Origin: Chrysemys picta bellii
Lineage: Eukaryota
Assembly: GCF_011386835.1 (NCBI RefSeq)
Contig: NC_088795.1
Location: 32,550,001-32,614,000, forward strand
Direction of reading: 5' to 3'
DNA length: 64,000 bases
The position numbers and the translations under genes were made by a program. Below are positions 1 to 11,790 of this stretch, one piece after another. The notes under the pieces are model-generated. The model had not been told where the DNA came from and did no database searches. It was given only the letters and a program-made list of their open reading frames with translations. Position 1 is the first letter of the stretch, and every line of letters begins with the position of its first letter.

Positions 1-186
1 CGGCTGGAATGCTGGGCAGGCGGAGTGGGGTAAGCCCCCGACCAGAATGCCGGGCAGGCAGAGCGGGGTGAGCCAAACAACCTTATAACAGAACATTGCG
101 TGACTTTAAACAAGTATGTTCTAATAGATCAGCAACCTAATAACGAAACAATGTTAACAGGGACAACTTAAAGTGAGGAGTTACTG
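1..186. mobile_element. Right end of a Tc1/mariner (Tigger/pogo-like) non-autonomous DNA transposon
   Basis: Ends AAGTGAGGAGTTACTG followed by TA (187-188); the reverse complement CAGTAACTCCTCACTT is a Tigger-type terminus. GC-rich ~39-bp subrepeat at 1-74. The left end lies outside the window. Confidence 0.6.
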
Positions 187-204
187 TACTTATGGTAAAC
201 AATG

Positions 205-530
205 TGTTCCACCTGTGACACTCTGAGCATGTCTACACAGCAAAGAGAAACCCATGGCTGGCACAGGCCAGTTGTCTTGGGCTGTGGAGCCCGGAAGTCT
301 ACACAGCTATATAATAGCGCCACAGACTGAGCACTGTGAGCCAGAGGAAATGTACTCAGAGGATATCTAGTTTCTGTGTAGACTTAACCTCTGAGTACAT
401 TTTCCAGATCTGAGGAAAAGCTCTGTGTAAGCTTGTCTCTCTCCAACAGAAGTTTCCAGTAAAAGATATTAACTCACCCACCTTGCCTCTCTAATATCCT
501 CGTACCACCACTGCTACAACCACACTGGAT
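205..530 (+). mobile_element. Penelope-like element terminal-repeat fragment, interrupted by a MITE
   Basis: CTGTGACACTCT|GAGTACATTTTCCAGATCTGAGGAAAAGCTCTGTGTAAGCTTGTCTCTCTCCAACAGAAG...TAAAAGATATTAACTCACCCACCTTGCCTCTCTAATATCCT matches the turtle Penelope pLTR as I recall it (not searched). Confidence 0.55.
225..389. mobile_element. Harbinger-type MITE nested in the Penelope fragment
   Basis: TIRs GAGCATGTCTACAC / GTGTAGACTTAACC; 3-bp TSD TCT at 222-224 and 390-392. Removing the MITE restores a contiguous host sequence. Confidence 0.7.
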
Positions 531-2126
531 GATACATTTTAGATTTGTATAGCACCAATCACTGTAGGACCTAGGGAAGGGAAAGGTGATGATTGATGGT
601 GATAGAGAGGACCGTCAACTAATTGTTTTCAATATATACATACACAAATATAACCACTAAAAAGAGAGCTCCTCTTTATAGTGCCTATTAATTTAAAATA
701 ATGTAGTATCTTAAGAGCCTTTACTACCTGGATCCAGACCATTGATTGTCTCAAATGGACTTTACATAAATTTTATAGTTTAAAAATAATTAGGATTTCA
801 GAGACCTATCAAAAAAGACAATGCCCATATTTGGGAATAAAGGGTTGGTCTAGGTAAGCAGTGACACTAGAAATTTCACAAACATTGTTTAAAGGACTGT
901 GATATTTAGTGTGCATATTCCTAGAATTCATATGCAGTGAATAATTTTAGAATGGCCGTCACCCAACATTGCACATTTAACAGGTACAACAGAGCCTAAA
1001 TAAAGAGGTTATTTTAACTAGCCCTCATGTTACAGGAGACACTAGATCTTACATGTAGCAATAGTGCTTAACAAACTCGTGAATCCATCCTCTAACTATT
1101 GAAGTACAGAAATTGAACTTTCCCCCCACCCTTCGTTAATATGTCTTAGAAATAACTGTTTAATCATTATGGAAAAACCTAGGAAAACAGGCACTTTATT
1201 AACTTCACTGAAAATGAACTGAGAAAATTGAGAGAGTTGATTGAATTAATAATCTCCCCTTACCCACTTCAGATTCATTAAACCTGTTTAGGAAGGTGTT
1301 TATTTTTAAACACTTTCCAACTGCTGTCCCTATTACCTGGGACTGTTTGTCACCATGAGCTGGATTTTCGGAAATGCCAAGCATCCCCACCACCAACTGA
1401 AGTCAAAGGGAGCTGCACATGCTCGGAACCTTTGAAAATCAAGCACAGGGATGCAGATCAGCATAGGAAAATCACAGCAAGATGGCTGCATACGCTTCTC
1501 TACAGTATTAAGTATTGCTTTTTATCACTGATTTTTGCTGCTTGTTTCCCCCTGTTCCTAAATTCATAACTTGTCTGTTTCAGTGTGTCACTTACCTCAC
1601 TTTCCCTTAAGTCTTCCTCAACCAAGACTTCATTCAGACTCTGCTGGTTTTCAGTTTGAACTTTGAAACTGACAACGGCAGTCTACCACACAGAGACTGA
1701 TACGCACTGATACTCTAGTTAATCTATTACTGAGAAATCCTCATTTATACCTGATAAGTCTGTCCAATAATCAGCATCGCCCATTAACTTCCTTTTAGTT
1801 GCCTGCAGTTTTGAGTTCTGGTTTCCCTAGGGACCACTTGAAAATGGCTTCCATAAATATACCTTCATTTGTACCAACTGTTTGAACTAGAACTCTTTTT
1901 TGGGAAGTAGTGAGGAGGGTTTTAGTGATAATTTCACCTCCCCATATTTTTAAACCATGCATAATAAAATGCCAGAGATACATGGGTGTACAAAGCAAAC
2001 ATTTTCTTTTATTTTTATGATGACCTTATTAAAATTCCATTTTGCAGTACCTACCAATATTTCACAGCATGATTTAAAATAAATGACCTGAAACCCATTC
2101 AATCCATAAAAATGCACTGAGATTAA

Positions 2127-2212
2127 GGCCCAGATCCTCTAAGATATTTAGCCACCTGACTCACTAAAATCAATTAGAGTTAAGTGCCTAAAATATGTTT
2201 GAGGATCTGAAC
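2127..2212. mobile_element. Short palindromic MITE (GGCCCAGATCCTC...GAGGATCTG)
   Basis: Self-complementary ~86-bp element flanked by TAA/TTA. Closely related copy at 54272-54359. Confidence 0.65.
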
Positions 2213-2849
2213 TTAAAACCCTCCATTTAGACAGAGTAGTCATAGTATGGGACCAAGCTTCCCCATCCTGCCAATATGCTCCATCCTTGCTATGGAGGGA
2301 CCATCCCTAGGAGTGAAAGAATGGTTCAATCTCCACTAAGTTCATGAGACTATAGCATTGTGAAAACCAAACCCTAGCCTTAATTTGGCCTCAACCCTAG
2401 CCTAACTATAACAGCTCAGGTCTGAATTGCACCCTCAGACCACTTCTGTACCTAATATCAGTTTTGTGTATTGGCTGTAGCTCATGCAGTATACTTTTAG
2501 TAGTATTGGCCAATTGAGCCAATATCGTGGTAACAGTGGGGTCAGAGCTCTTCTGGTGACCCATCCAGTTAGTACTCTGCCTAAAACTGAGACATTCAGC
2601 TGACTCATTGTGGCAGCCTGCAGCTTGTTTCCTCCAGGATGGGTTAATGGACATAGGCGAAGGCTGTGGTTGATGTTACTGGTTTTGAGTTGCTAAGTCT
2701 ATGTCTTGACTACAAAATTAAGTCAATGTAAGTTATGTTGATGATCCTCTGCCGCTGTAATTAAACCATTTGTGCCCATCGGCACAACTACATGGGGGTA
2801 GGCTCAGCATCCCATGATGCAGTTCTTTTGTCCCATCATTCTATGGGCT

Positions 2850-3230
2850 TGGAGACCCAGCCTACACCTTACTCCCGTGGCTCATGAAGCCTTACATTGG
2901 AAACCTTGACAGCAGCAAGGAGTGCTTCAACAGCTGAGCAGGTGCAGACTGACCCCTGAATGTGCCTTTGGCAGATTAAAGGGTTGCAGTGCTCCCTTTT
3001 TGGCAAGCTAGACCTCAGTGAGGAAAATATTCCCATGGTGATAGCAGCCTGCTGTGCTCTGAATAACATGTGTGAAAGTAAGGGAGGAAAGCTTCTGCAG
3101 GGGTGGAGCCTTGAGGTGGATTGGCTGGTGGCTGCTTTTGAGCAGCCAGATACAGGGCTGTTAGTGGGGCTGAATGGGGGTGCTATTCCAATGAGGGAGT
3201 GTTTTGAAGGAGCATTTTGACAGTGAGCCC
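2850..3230 (+). pseudogene. Harbinger DDE transposase C-terminal fragment (frameshifted, N-terminal part deleted)
   Basis: Translates in pieces to GDPAYTLLPWLMKPY...ECAFGRLKG...LDLSEENIPMVIAACCALNNMCESKG, the HARBI1-family DDE_Tnp_4 C-terminal motifs. Confidence 0.9.
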
Positions 3231-3399
3231 CAGTAATGTCTTTCTGTAATGCATTGAGCCAGGCATTGTTTTCTTGCACTGTAGTATGGCCCCAGTAATT
3301 GCTGTGTATGCATTAAGTGTATTCGGCAAATGCTTTGATTGCCACTGTGTAAGAATTTCAGCAGCAACCATTGGGGATTGAAGACCGATAAAGATTCAT

Positions 3400-4743
3400 T
3401 CTTTCCATAAAGGGGAGGTGAGCATCAATGTGTTCCACCTGCAGCGCAGTCAGGGACTTCATGTTTGTTTGCTCCTCGACCAGCTGTATCATCAACTCCT
3501 GCCTGTTTCCTCCCTTGGCTATCCATTCTCCGCTTTTCATTGATAGCCTCTCTCCAAGGTCTGCTCACTATCAGCAGCATCAAATGATTGCAGCACCTCC
3601 CTGAACAGGTTTTCCTCTGGTTCATCTCCTTATCAGGCTTGGCTAGTGTGCAGGAGCAGACTCAGAAGCTGAAGAAACAATAGACCAAGGCACTATTGGG
3701 AAACTTTCCCTTGGCAGGCACACAGCATGCCAAGAGCCCTAACCATGGTAAATTGGGCACAAGGGGGAGGGGGTAAGATGGGACAAAAGGCGGGGGAGTG
3801 TCGGGGGGGATCATTGAGTGCCTTGGGACACTATTCTGAATACTGGCACAGTTTTCCACAGGCAGGGGTGATAGAAGCTGATACCCTCAGGAGCGAGAAC
3901 CACAGCTCCTGCATGCATGTGGCTGCAGATGGGGTCCGTGTGCTGTTTTAGTGCCTGCAGATATAATTGCTGATTGGCACAGCAAAGTTCCCTTCCGTGG
4001 GGGAAGGAACAAGGCAGCCCTCCCAAGGAAACTTCAGCAGAGGATTGCAGAGTACCTCCATGATCATTTCCTAGAGATCTCTATGAAGGATTCCTGCGAT
4101 ATCTTGGTGTGCATCAAAAAACTTTTCTGCAGGGCCCCCTCTGTTTAGCAACACAGAGGAATGAGAAGCAGATGCATTCAGTGCTACTATTAGTTATTCC
4201 TATCCCTCTTCTACTCTGGGGAGGGGGGGAGCTCTACTTCATTTCTCCCTGCAGTATCGAAGCACAACAAATACTTACCGGAGTGCCCCTCTCCTGCATC
4301 CAGCGTGCCATAGCTGGAGTGCTGGGACTGGCTAGACCCCTCCAGAGTTAAAAACAGGTCCTGGCTCACCACGCCGCTGGACTGTCCTATTGCCTGTCCT
4401 CCTTTCTCCTCCAACTCCACTTTCTTGTCCATCCCTTCATCCTTAGGGTTCACTCCATGGCTGCTGCCTGCAGCCCCCGCTCCCTGAAGTATCCACAGGG
4501 CTCTTGGTGGTGGAGTTGGCCTCCCTTGCCTTCTGATATGCCTGCCTCAGCTCCTAGATCTTGGCACTGCACTGCTGTCTCCCTCTTGTACCCCTTGAGC
4601 GCCATGCCTTGAGCAATCTGCCTGTGGGTATCAAAGTTCCTACCGCTGGAGCAGAACTGCGACTGCTCAGCCTTCTCTCCCCGCAGATCCAACAACTCCG
4701 GTGTACTCCAGGAAGGAGCGTATTTGCTGCAGAGCGCTGCCAT
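3400..4743 (-). pseudogene. Harbinger-associated Myb/SANT-like (trihelix) DNA-binding protein gene, two exons, degenerate
   Basis: ATG at 4743: MAALCSKYAPSWSTPELLDL..GEKAEQSQFCSSGRNFDTHRQIAQGMALKGY. Donor G|GTAAGT at 4278 and acceptor TTTCTTCAG at 3669 define an intron. The downstream exon has coiled-coil-like remnants. Frameshifts are present. Confidence 0.85.
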
Positions 4744-6167
4744 GGTCAGCTGGGAAGATGCTATTTGGGCTGTCCATGCTGAGCAAACAGGAAGAGGAAT
4801 TTCAAAAATTCCCAGGGCTTTAAAAGGAGAGGGGTATGTGCCTGTGTACCTGGCTGCAGGGCAGTGGAGTTCAAAATTGTGACCAGAGCAGTCATGATGA
4901 GCATTGTGGGACACCTCTTGGAGGCCAATTAAGGTGACATAAGCAATGCAGTGTCTATACTGACACTGTGTCGCATATAACTCTGCATCTCATCCAGGTG
5001 GTTTTATTATATTGGCATAGCAGGAGAGTTAAATCGGCAGGAGGAGTATTGCTGTGTGTACACCTCCACTGTTTTGTCAAGAAAACAATACAGTGTGGAC
5101 GAGACCTAATAAAGTTAAGCTATAAGAAAAGGCTGAGTTTGCATGCTAATTCAGGGTCTGGGCACCCTGTCAAAGACCGAGTAGGATCTCAATCCATTTG
5201 TGGTCATTTTGCCGGCAATACTAAACAGCAATGTGGAAGTAAAAGAAACGCTGCTAAATTAATCTAAAATGTAACTCTACTTCTTGCCACAAAAAAGACA
5301 TTTCTTTACAGTATGTATCCTAATGCTCACTGAACTCGGAGCCATCTGAAAGATCTTATGACTGCATGGGTGGAGAGATTTAAGTAGTCATCTTCCTGCA
5401 GGTATATGACCAGGAAAACATGAAATCGATTTATATGACAAACACTCAGAATCCTTGAACTATGTGGAAAGAATCTTCCCCAAGGTGGCAGTATCAGCCT
5501 GTTTCACAGGTACTGTGAAAGTAAGCAGGGCTTCCATTTCTCCAAAGATCCTTCAAATAAAACATCAGATGTAAGGGTGCAAAAATGTACTAAAATGCAG
5601 GATAATTATTACCAGAATCTTCAAAGGGCTGCTGAAATAAAAGAAACCTACAAGTAAATCTCTCACCTTCACAAGAAATAATTCTTATTTTTTTTACATA
5701 ATTTTAAAGAAAATATACACTCTGTTAAGCTTTGAAAAGCAAACCTCTATTTTATTTTAAAGGCAATAGTTACTGACTCTCACTGCTTTTGTAAGTTTCT
5801 TTAGAAATCCTTATGCGCTCCCATTCCATGGTAGAGATCTCTGTTCTGAGCAGCTATTTACTTGTTACATTTAGAGAGGAGCTTCAAAGCTGAGATCCGC
5901 GACAAGATTGTCATTCTTACAGCACAAATTTTACAGAGAATGAGCCAAGGTGTTTCCTGTACAACACAGGTGTCTTTCCTGTTTTTCAGAGTGTTCAGTA
6001 CTGTTGGCTGTCAGTGGGGTAAACTATTTTTTAGTTTTGTGTTTTGTAACTTGTTGGGTATGTAGAGCTCTGAATGGTTGAACCCTTCTATTTATTATTA
6101 GAGAAATCCAAATAATAAAAGCTAGTATTTTCAAAAGAGCATGGAAATACTGTATTAATAAAATACA

Positions 6168-6184
6168 GTGTGTGTGTGTGTGTG
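6168..6184. repeat. (TG)n microsatellite
   Basis: Direct reading of the sequence. Confidence 0.95.
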
Positions 6185-6824
6185 AAAGATGGGTGCCATG
6201 GAGTTACATCAAAAGGGGATGTTAAAAGAAGCATTCAGGAAAGGTAAAACAAGGGCCTGGATAAGCATCCAAATAAACACTCACTCATAGCCATGTTTAT
6301 AACCATGAAAAGGCAACTTCTTGGCCCTCACCCACATAACAAGGCTGTTTTACCAAGGCAGATGCAGAGAGAGCGTGCTGCAAGCAGGACTTTCTGTTTA
6401 TTCTAGCCAGAGATGAGGTTTAGCTGGGCTGAGTTGAACTTACACAATCTGGCAAGGAGATATTAAAATGTAAGTAAGGCCCATGCATATAGACCTGTTG
6501 TTTTTACTCTCTATTCTGTGCTTTTGTACCATTTTTGTGGGGGACGGGGGGAATGGATACTTTAATGCTTAGTTTTGAAGAAGCTGTTTTTGAGTCACTT
6601 TAACCACCTCGCAGGTCCCTGGTGAAAAAAGGGCTCATAGGTACTATATACAGTTGGGCCTGTCAGGTTAACATGGTTAGGAAATAGAAGGCTGCTGCCA
6701 AGATATGGTTAGACCATGTGGTTCCACCCAGAGTGAGGTGCAGGGAGCCAGGCGTGATACTTAAAGGGTACACACTAGAGGAACTGAAGGGCAAACTGTG
6801 CTGTTCACTCCTGTAACTGTAACA
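6181..6824 (+). mobile_element. Probable solo LTR (Gypsy-type)
   Basis: TG...CA ends (TGTGAAAG...TGTAACTGTAACA); internal TGTAAGTAAGGCCC...ATAGACC plus T-rich tract resembles turtle LTRs. No TSD verified. Confidence 0.4.
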
Positions 6825-8344
6825 GAGCCTAAGGAACATCAGCTCCAAATCCCATTGAAGAAATCAGTGGGGATTGGGTGCCTGAACCCTTCAGGTTCCT
6901 TTGAAAATCCTAGGCAAAAAATATACAAGCAAATCTATAGGTAGAAACTGGAAACAGTATTCTTATATCTATAGTATTAACTTACTGTATTACAGTAACA
7001 TGACAAATGAATTGTAATCAGCTGTTTTGTTATCCTTGGGTTCATCTGATCAGTTTGCAAGTAACTTAATAGTGTGCAGTGCAATGCAATTTTTTACATA
7101 AATGAGATATTCCATATTTTTGTAACCTATGGTCTCTCCAGATGGGTGGTGTCTCCCACCACTCTTTTACTTTCAGTTCCCACACATTCCCATCCCTTAC
7201 AACTTTATTCCATATATGCACTCTCATTATTTTAAGATAATGCCACAATAAATAACTGAAGATGTGAATTGAACTCTCACTTATGGGAAACCAAGTGAGG
7301 CCATTTGATGGATTACCACACACAGATGTAGGCTCCCACCCTTCCCTGAAATCACGAGAAACCCAGGGAGCTGTACAATGTCCTATATAAATAGAATGGC
7401 ATCCAAGTACTCCATCTAGAAAGAATTATAGATTCAATTTTGTTACACAATAAGAAATCCAGGCAAGTCTCACTTTAGTGAGTAAGGGATAAAATAGTCT
7501 CTTGCTACTCCTTGTTCTAGAATACCATATTATAATTAGATTATATACACCACTCTAGTTCTGTACCAATGTGAAAGGAAAACAAATATACCAACCATAC
7601 ATCGCAGCAGAATTTTTTTCTTTTGCTAAGTCTAGTCACATCTATCAACCATCGGAGATGAATCAAAGCATCATAAACCTCTGACATGGTCCTGAACATA
7701 GTTTCTCTTGCGAAAAAGTGCCTGTCTGAATGGTCTGTAAATTTACAGCGTGGATTCTAGAGATGGAAAGGACCAACTGATTCATCTGGGCCAACAGTTC
7801 TTAGGATGATTTTTTGGGTGTGGTTTAAAAGAGGCAATCACTCACAATATCTCATAAGCCTTGCAGCTAGGTAAGTGTGGTGCTGTTGAGTTGGAGTTAG
7901 GGAGGATGGCTGCTAGTACTCACTTAATCCAGAGTAAGTGCTACTTCAAAACACAGTAGAGCAAACTCCCCAGCCGCTTGCAGCAGCAGTTCTCAGTAGC
8001 TGGAGCTAGGTTCAGGGTAGGTGTGCACTTTGCAGAGAGAACAGGCAAGCTGAGGAGCTGCCTCAGGATTAGATGGGGACAGAGCAGATGTAGCAATAGA
8101 GGTATGAGAGGGGGAGAGAAAACAAACTGCTGGTTGTCTTTCCTTTCTACACTGCAGCCAAGTTGTGATTCCCAGCCTGGAATACCCAGTAGTATGTAAA
8201 TTGGAGCCACCTTCACCCATGTTACTTGTTCCCTTCAACCCTGCATCATATGAGAGGTTGTTGTGGACAGGTTTGATTGCAGGACGACCTTTTGTCTGCT
8301 AGTCATATATGACATGCTGCCTTTGTTTGTCTGCTAACAGATAT

Positions 8345-8478
8345 GAGTCACCACACTAAAAATAGCAATGTGGATGTTGTGGAACAGGTAGTGGCTTGGG
8401 TAGCCAGCTCGAGCAGAGTTAGTATGTCTGTCTAGCTGGGCTGAAAATCACACCTCCAAGTTGCAGTGTAGACATACA
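8345..8478. mobile_element. Harbinger-type MITE fragment
   Basis: Ends TTGCAGTGTAGACATAC; the left TIR is degenerate. Confidence 0.5.
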
Positions 8479-10185
8479 AGTAGTGACCATGGGACTTCAC
8501 TCCTTTCCCCCCCCCCCTTCAATGGGTGGTTTCCAATCTAGGTCATGACCCGCTGGCTGAGACATGCTGATCTGAGTTAGTCTCCCTACCACTAAAGTAT
8601 TTCTCTACTGTCAAAGACTGAATTATGTGGCAGGAATGCCAGAATTATTCGGCACCCACCCTCAAACTTTTACCTCTGGAAGTCCAGCTGAATCAGTACA
8701 GTACTCTTTTTCTTATTTAGTGATGTCCCTAGTAAATTCAATGTATTTAAACAGCGGCCCATATTTCAAAATAATGCATTCTATTTTTTTAATGCATAAC
8801 TGGATTGTGGAATGAACAGTTCACACTTAAAGATATTGTTTCAAGCTGCCTGCAGACTCATGCAGATATAATTGTGTTGGTTTATATTTAGTTCACATTT
8901 TGACAGCTTTCTTCAAGACTTAATGAACTAGACACTTAATTTTTTTAAATAAAAGTATAGATTCTGGAGAAGAGAAGTGCACTAATTTTTTTTAAAAAGG
9001 GACAAATTTGCAGCAATTCATGCCAGCATATAATTACATTTTACACAGAGCTTTTTCTATTGTACGATTGTTTTTTGTCTAGGTATGTCCAGTCTTAAAT
9101 GTCCCCAAAAATGGGGCTTCCACAACTTCTAGTGAAAGCCAGTTCCACGGCCAGTCATATTTTTCCCTATAATTTACTGTGTGGACTTTCAGGCAAGGCA
9201 CTTAGCAATTAAATCCTGCCTGCTCAGTATGAAAGCTGTAGTATGCATTTAATTTGTCAAGTGTTTTGTTTGAGGATGTGAATTGTTATATGAATGTAAA
9301 ATATTAGTACACTGTAGTCCTGTTCACTGAGACATGCAGAATCAGGACTTTATTTGGACTTCTCCCACAACACTTGAGTCTAATGCCCATGAACATTTAT
9401 TTCTATTGATGGACTGCATTACTGTAAATTTCACTCAATGAGGGTAGATTTAGCTAACACCAAGTAGTTAAATGGTATTTAACTGGATCTTAATCAAGTC
9501 TGAAATTCTAAACTCTGGTCTTTTTAATATAAAAGTTGCCAACTCAAGATTGAGGGCTATATTTTCGCTTGAGCAGAATATCCAGTAGCATATAAATTGG
9601 AGTCACCTTCACTCACTTCACATGTTACTCGTTCCCTTCAAATCTGAATCAAAAGAGATGGTTGCCTGTGGTTAGGGGGCAGGCACCCTTTTTCCTGGTC
9701 ATCATACATGACCTGCTCCATGCTGCCTTTGCTGCTCCATGCTGAGGCATGCAAATATCTATGGCAAACAATTTGGGGAAGCTGAAATTAAGATTATAAA
9801 TACCTATCATAACTTAAAGGGGAAACTAATATAATAAACACTTTGGCTTTCCTAAATCTGTGCCTTTTAAAACTAAACAAAAATTGGAAAGTAGGAAAAT
9901 GAAGATTTTTAAGAACAACCCTGATCACCCTACACCCACATTCATTGAGTAGCGGTGTGTCTGGGCACCACACATCTTCAGTACAGACTGTATGAGTCAA
10001 ATGACACCCTGTACTGGATCATACTTGCTCATCTGAGGTGCTTAATGCCTATTTTGCATTAATCTTCACTAAAAAGGTTGATGACCAGATACTCAATACA
10101 GTTAATATTTGACAACCAGGACAAAGGAATGGAAACCAAAATAGAGAAAGAACATCTTATCTAAAGATTCTTTAACCTGTATTTG

Positions 10186-10542
10186 AGTCAGCAGGGCCTG
10201 ATGAAATTCATCCTAGGGGGCTTAAGAAACTAGATGAAGCAATCTTGGAGCCACCTGGCAATTATCTCTGAGAATTCGTGGAGGACTGGAGAGGTCCCAG
10301 AACACTGGAGAAGGGCAAACTTGGTAGCTATCTTTAAAAAGGAGGACCTGGGGAATTATAGACCCAGTCAGCCTAACTTCAATACCTGGAAAGATACTGG
10401 AGGAAATAATTAAATAATCAATTTGTAAGCACCTGGAGGACAATAGGGTTATAAGGAATTGTCAGCATGGATTTGTCAAGAACAGATCATGCCAAACCAA
10501 CTTAATTTCCTTCTTTGATAGGATTATTGACCTAGTGGATGG
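10186..10542 (+). mobile_element. CR1 LINE ORF2 (RT N-terminal region) fragment
   Basis: Degenerate translation GPDEIHP..LK.L...PEHWRRAN..IFKK..DLGNYRP.SLTSIPGKILEEIIK..QHGFVKNRSCQTNLISFFD. Confidence 0.9.
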
Positions 10543-10929
10543 ATGGTGGGGGTGGGGGAGGGCTGCGGCGGCCAGTGAAAGAGGCGAGTTTCCCCAGCTC
10601 CAGGGCTGTATCTGCTGGGGAGAGATGGCCCTCCTTCCCAGCCTCAGCTCTGTGGCTGCTGTGGCAGGGGAAAGAGTACCGGGGCTCTCGCGGTGGGGGG
10701 GGCACATCCATCGCATTAGAAATGTAAGACTACTGATATTAAAATATGAGTTGTGTGCTTTTATTTGTAGAACAAAAAAAGTTTGTGTGTGGGCTTTTTT
10801 TTTTATATATAGCGCTTTTATCCAAAGCGCTTTACAATAGTTAGTTAACAGCACAAACAGCATTTGGAAAGATCATTAAGTGGTCTGCTGAGACCCTCAG
10901 CAATTTTCAAGTGGTCATGAGAACCACTG
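10543..10929. mobile_element. hAT-type non-autonomous element, right part only
   Basis: GC-rich subrepeats, then a terminus AAGTGGTC...GAGAACCACTG (CAGTGGTTCTC-type TIR). No left TIR found. Confidence 0.6.
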
Positions 10930-11108
10930 TACTACTCTGGAATAGGCTTTTGAGGAAGGTTGTGAAGTTGCCATCAGTGGAGCTTTTAAAAACAAGTTGA
11001 ACAAACCCCTGAAAGGGATAGCCTAGGCTTACTCAGTCCTGCCACAGCACAAGGGGCAGCTGGATTTGATGACTTCTCATAGTCCCTTCCAGGCTCAGCC
11101 CTATGTTT
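10930..11108 (+). mobile_element. CR1 LINE 3' end
   Basis: GGAAGGTTGTGAAGTTGCCATCAGTGGAGCTTTTAAAAACAAGTTG...GATGACTTCTCATAGTCCCTTCCAG is the CR1 3' terminus. Confidence 0.8.
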
Positions 11109-11174
11109 CTGTCTCCTTGATTAGAGACTAGCTTCCACTTCAGCCCCACAGCAATCATCTTGTTTCTGAGGAGA

Positions 11175-11400
11175 GGAAAGATGGTTCCTATAGTTAAGGC
11201 ACATAGCTAAGTTCAGAAACTTGGGTTCTTAACTCTTTCACAGATTTACTGTTTTATCTTGCGATGACACATAATTTCTCTGAGTAGGAGTTTCCTCCTC
11301 TGAATAACGGAGATTTACCTAGCTCACAGGTGTGTGGCGAGATTAGATTAACTGATGGATGTGAAACATGTTGGAACCCTCAATTGGAAGGTAATATCCT
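11175..11400 (+). mobile_element. MIR-like tRNA-derived SINE
   Basis: GGAAAGATGG...GTTAAGGCAC head, CORE-like block (TTTCTCTGAGTAGGAGTTTCCTCCTCTG), MIR-type tail. Confidence 0.6.
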
Positions 11401-11790
11401 TGCCATTATTATTGCTAGATCATAGTGTTGCTATATTTCACATGCGCAGCAACAGCCCCTGGCTAACCTCGATCTTCCTTTCCAAATATACTTCCATTAT
11501 ATCAGGACATTTTATAACCATTTGAACACTTTGCTATCCACAGAGGTTGCACTGACTGTGGACATCTCAAACCCAATATAGGTCTTGTGGCTAGGCTAAG
11601 CAGTGGCTGAGGCATAAACGGCAGTGGATACATATGCAGCCACAGGCACAACACCAAAGAATACAGGGTTTAAGATGTTCCTGACCAAACTTCCAAGGTA
11701 TGCAGGGTTTGACAGATCAACTCAGTCTGATGTTTACACATCAGAAGGTGCACAGGGTGGCAATATGAAGGTTATTTCAGATACTATGTA

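Larger units (their letters stand above)
2697..5106. mobile_element. Internally deleted PIF/Harbinger DNA transposon (transposase remnant plus Myb/SANT gene, convergent)
   Basis: Degenerate TIRs (GTCTATGTCTTGACTA... / ...CAGTGTGGACGAGACC), TAA on both sides (2694-2696, 5107-5109), and both diagnostic Harbinger coding regions inside. Confidence 0.85.

Noticed and set aside
3951-4148. 65-aa ORF inside the Harbinger element as a third gene
   Set aside because: It lies antisense within the Myb-gene intron of the transposon; there is no evidence of independent function.
7066-7323. 85-aa Trp-rich minus-strand ORF
   Set aside because: No recognisable domain, non-ATG start, and its phase does not fit the neighbouring candidate exons.
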